DNA from: Lingula anatina
Taxonomy: Eukaryota > Animalia > Brachiopoda
Assembly (NCBI GenBank): GCA_051362555.1
Contig: CM120643.1
Location: forward strand, 22,200,848 to 22,264,847
Length of the DNA: 64,000 bases
Direction: 5' to 3'
Positions within the stretch are counted from its first letter, which is position 1. Each line of letters starts with the position of its first letter. A program made the translations under genes and the position numbers. Shown here in pieces: positions 61,604 to 64,000 of the stretch. Under the pieces are notes generated by a model that was given only the letters and a program-made list of their open reading frames with translations, searched no databases and had not been told where the DNA came from.

Positions 61604-63052
61604 TTAATATTATGTGACACAGGTGGCGTTGTTGCAGTGGTCAAGTACTTGTAGCTGCACCCCCCCCCCTTTAGTTCCTCGGCCAAAACGAAAACCAGAG
61701 CTTAACAAGAAGAGAAAAAGAAAGTATCAAGAAAGTAAGAAAAGTCCGTCAAATGAGTACTCCTTGACAACCAAAAATTCCCCGCCTTCAATTTTTAATG
61801 TGTGATATGCAACGATAGGTCTGAGTATGTCTGAGTATGTCACCAATTATGTGGGCACAAGTCTATGTTGTTTACAACGACCGAGTCTATTTCTTATTAC
61901 TATCATCATTTGCGCAAGAATAGCAATTATTTAAATCAGCATGGTAGAAACGTTTTGTTTCACTCCGTTAAATCCTCCCCGTATTCAATGACAAATAAAA
62001 ATAGAAAAATGATCGAATTATTTTCCATATAGGCGCAGAGATTCGGGACAGCAAGTTTACCAGTTCACTATTCAATTCATTACCATTCCACTCTCTTTTG
62101 GTGCACACGTGGGGTTCAAACTATGCTGCATTTATCACCTGTTTGGCGTATATTTACAATACGTCAAAACACTCAGGATAATTGGCATACGCAAGAATCA
62201 ACAGCGCAGAGGGCTACACAAAAACGAAAGTAACCAACCCATTGTTCGATTCTTCAGATCGATAGCGAACGTGGTAATGGGAAGATAGAGATAAGATGTT
62301 CTTTATTGCATCAAGTGGAGATGACACTCTCATTTTGAAATATAATGATGTTAATTACTCCTAGGAAATCAGGATTTATTTCCCTAGAGCCCATGACTTG
62401 GAAAAGCCGAAGATAATTGTTTATTAAAGAACCATATCTTGGATATAAAGGCTACTGTTACTGAAAACGAAAAAATGCGAAGCATCATCACGGCAATCCT
62501 ACCAAAGCTAAAAATGTTATTATGTAATGAGATAATTCGGCGTTAATTCAAATTCAGTTCACCTGAAGAAAACCTTGCGATAAGGTCGAAACGCGTGTTA
62601 TCATTTTCAGCGTAAGATCCAATACCAATTTTAATTTTCTCATTATCTTAGTACAAGTATAATATAACTGGATGAATCAAAATGTTCACTTTGCTATTAT
62701 GTAACGGTCGATGGATGTCAAGTAATATTAATGATACCTACATGTATACGCACCATTTGCGTTGCGTAGATTAAAAAGCAGATTGTCTCTACTTCCAAAA
62801 TTCTCTGGAAGAAACACTGTTCGAGAAGACTAGTGGAATGGGTACAATGCCCGTGATACACTTCCTCCCGACGTAGTGTAAAGCTGAAACAAACCACGTA
62901 ACGTTTGGGCGCAGCCTGTCAGGCATGACGTACATGTACTCCAACACTTTCGGCGTGGCACCGAACTTGAGAGCACCCATAGATAGATTAGTTTTTCACC
63001 TCGTTCTAATTTTATTGGAAAGGTGTACGTTAATATGCAACACTGTCATGCT

Positions 63053-63221
63053 CAGGACCCTACGCTGAGGAGGTAGAGACTGGTTGATTGGAGGGGGGGC
63101 AGTTGCCTTCTCTCTAGGGTCAAAAAACCGCTTGAAACATTCATTGTAGGCCTTCAAGAACCCCCTGCTTCCCCCCCCCTCCCATGCCAATTCAAGCCAT
63201 TTTTCTCACCCTAGGGTCCTG
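63053..63221. mobile_element. Small MITE-like element
   Basis: 10-bp TIR CAGGACCCTA/TAGGGTCCTG with G-run and C-run subterminal tracts. No clean TSD. Confidence 0.5.
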
Positions 63222-64000
63222 ATAGTTTTTCAACGGGCATTAAACATCGGTTGTTTGTATTATCTCTCTAAGCATTTGCTTTGCAGAACGTCTTAATGAC
63301 AACTAGCACTTTTTTTTCGACATCAATTTTTCCATTAGACCCTAACATTATCCATTAATATTCCATGACCTTCTGTTTTTGACTAACAACACTTAACGGA
63401 AAAAAGGAAGATATGCTTATTAATAAAACAATTCTATTAACGGCGCGATGGATTTTTGATAAACTGAATAAAAAATTAAAATCTTACCGTCAAATTGAAC
63501 AGTTGGCTAAAAACGCCTGTCTGGGCATTCTCTTTCTAACCAACTGAATGAAAACGTTTCGCTCTATGGCAGTTTCCGCTGAACGGACGTTTGGCATTTG
63601 TCTTATGGCCACTCGATTTCTGACCTAAAAGAACGTTGTATACGGTCACATTTCGCTCTCTACATTATCCAGGAACTGAGGATTTGACAGAATATAAATA
63701 TATACCAGCAAGTTTTCAGCTCGTTGCCATTCATTGAGACCGATAAATCTTAGAATCGTGCTGCAGGAATACAACACTAATGTCGCCTGTGAAATCAGAA
63801 AATCGCATGTAGCATTCTATCCAGACGTACATAAACAGATAATAAAAAGGGAGCCAGTTACGATCGGTTCACACGTTATCTATACGTGCATCATACTAAA
63901 AAACCAAGGGCTCATTAAAGAGACTACTGTATCTGCTCGATTGATCGTACATGTAATATGAGTGCTAATTGAAGAAAAACAGGGAATTCGGCTTTAACCC

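Noticed and set aside
1-64000. About 130 short ORFs (60-135 aa) in the ORF track
   Set aside because: Apart from those overlapping GPCR exons or TE remnants, they show no recognisable domains. Many start at non-ATG codons or run through microsatellites, as expected by chance in AT-rich eukaryotic DNA.

Overview
AT-rich eukaryotic (metazoan, probably marine invertebrate) genomic DNA, not prokaryotic. Almost all ORFs in the supplied track are spurious. The window holds one complete protein-coding gene on the minus strand: a 12-exon, ~830-aa class C orphan GPCR of the GPR158/GPR179 family, most like Drosophila CG31760. It has a signal peptide, an extracellular Cache domain, an EGF-like/Cys-rich stalk, 7TM and a C-terminal coiled coil. 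I assembled it by hand (6320..54348) with GT-AG junctions and consistent phases at all 11 introns, including a 31.3-kb first coding intron. The rest is transposon-derived: a 3.5-kb Sola3-like element with TTAA TSDs and a decayed transposase, a 2.8-kb Kolobok-like element with a THAP-start remnant, a decayed RLE-type non-LTR remnant, many MITEs (some nested), a 5.5-kb foldback-like element and a ~160-bp satellite with a ~551-bp higher-order repeat. Smaller points of interest are three ultra-short uORFs in the GPCR leader, an altered Cache ligand motif and two degenerate Penelope-type hammerhead-like motifs. I found no convincing wholly new biological system. Family assignments come from recalled motifs, not database searches.
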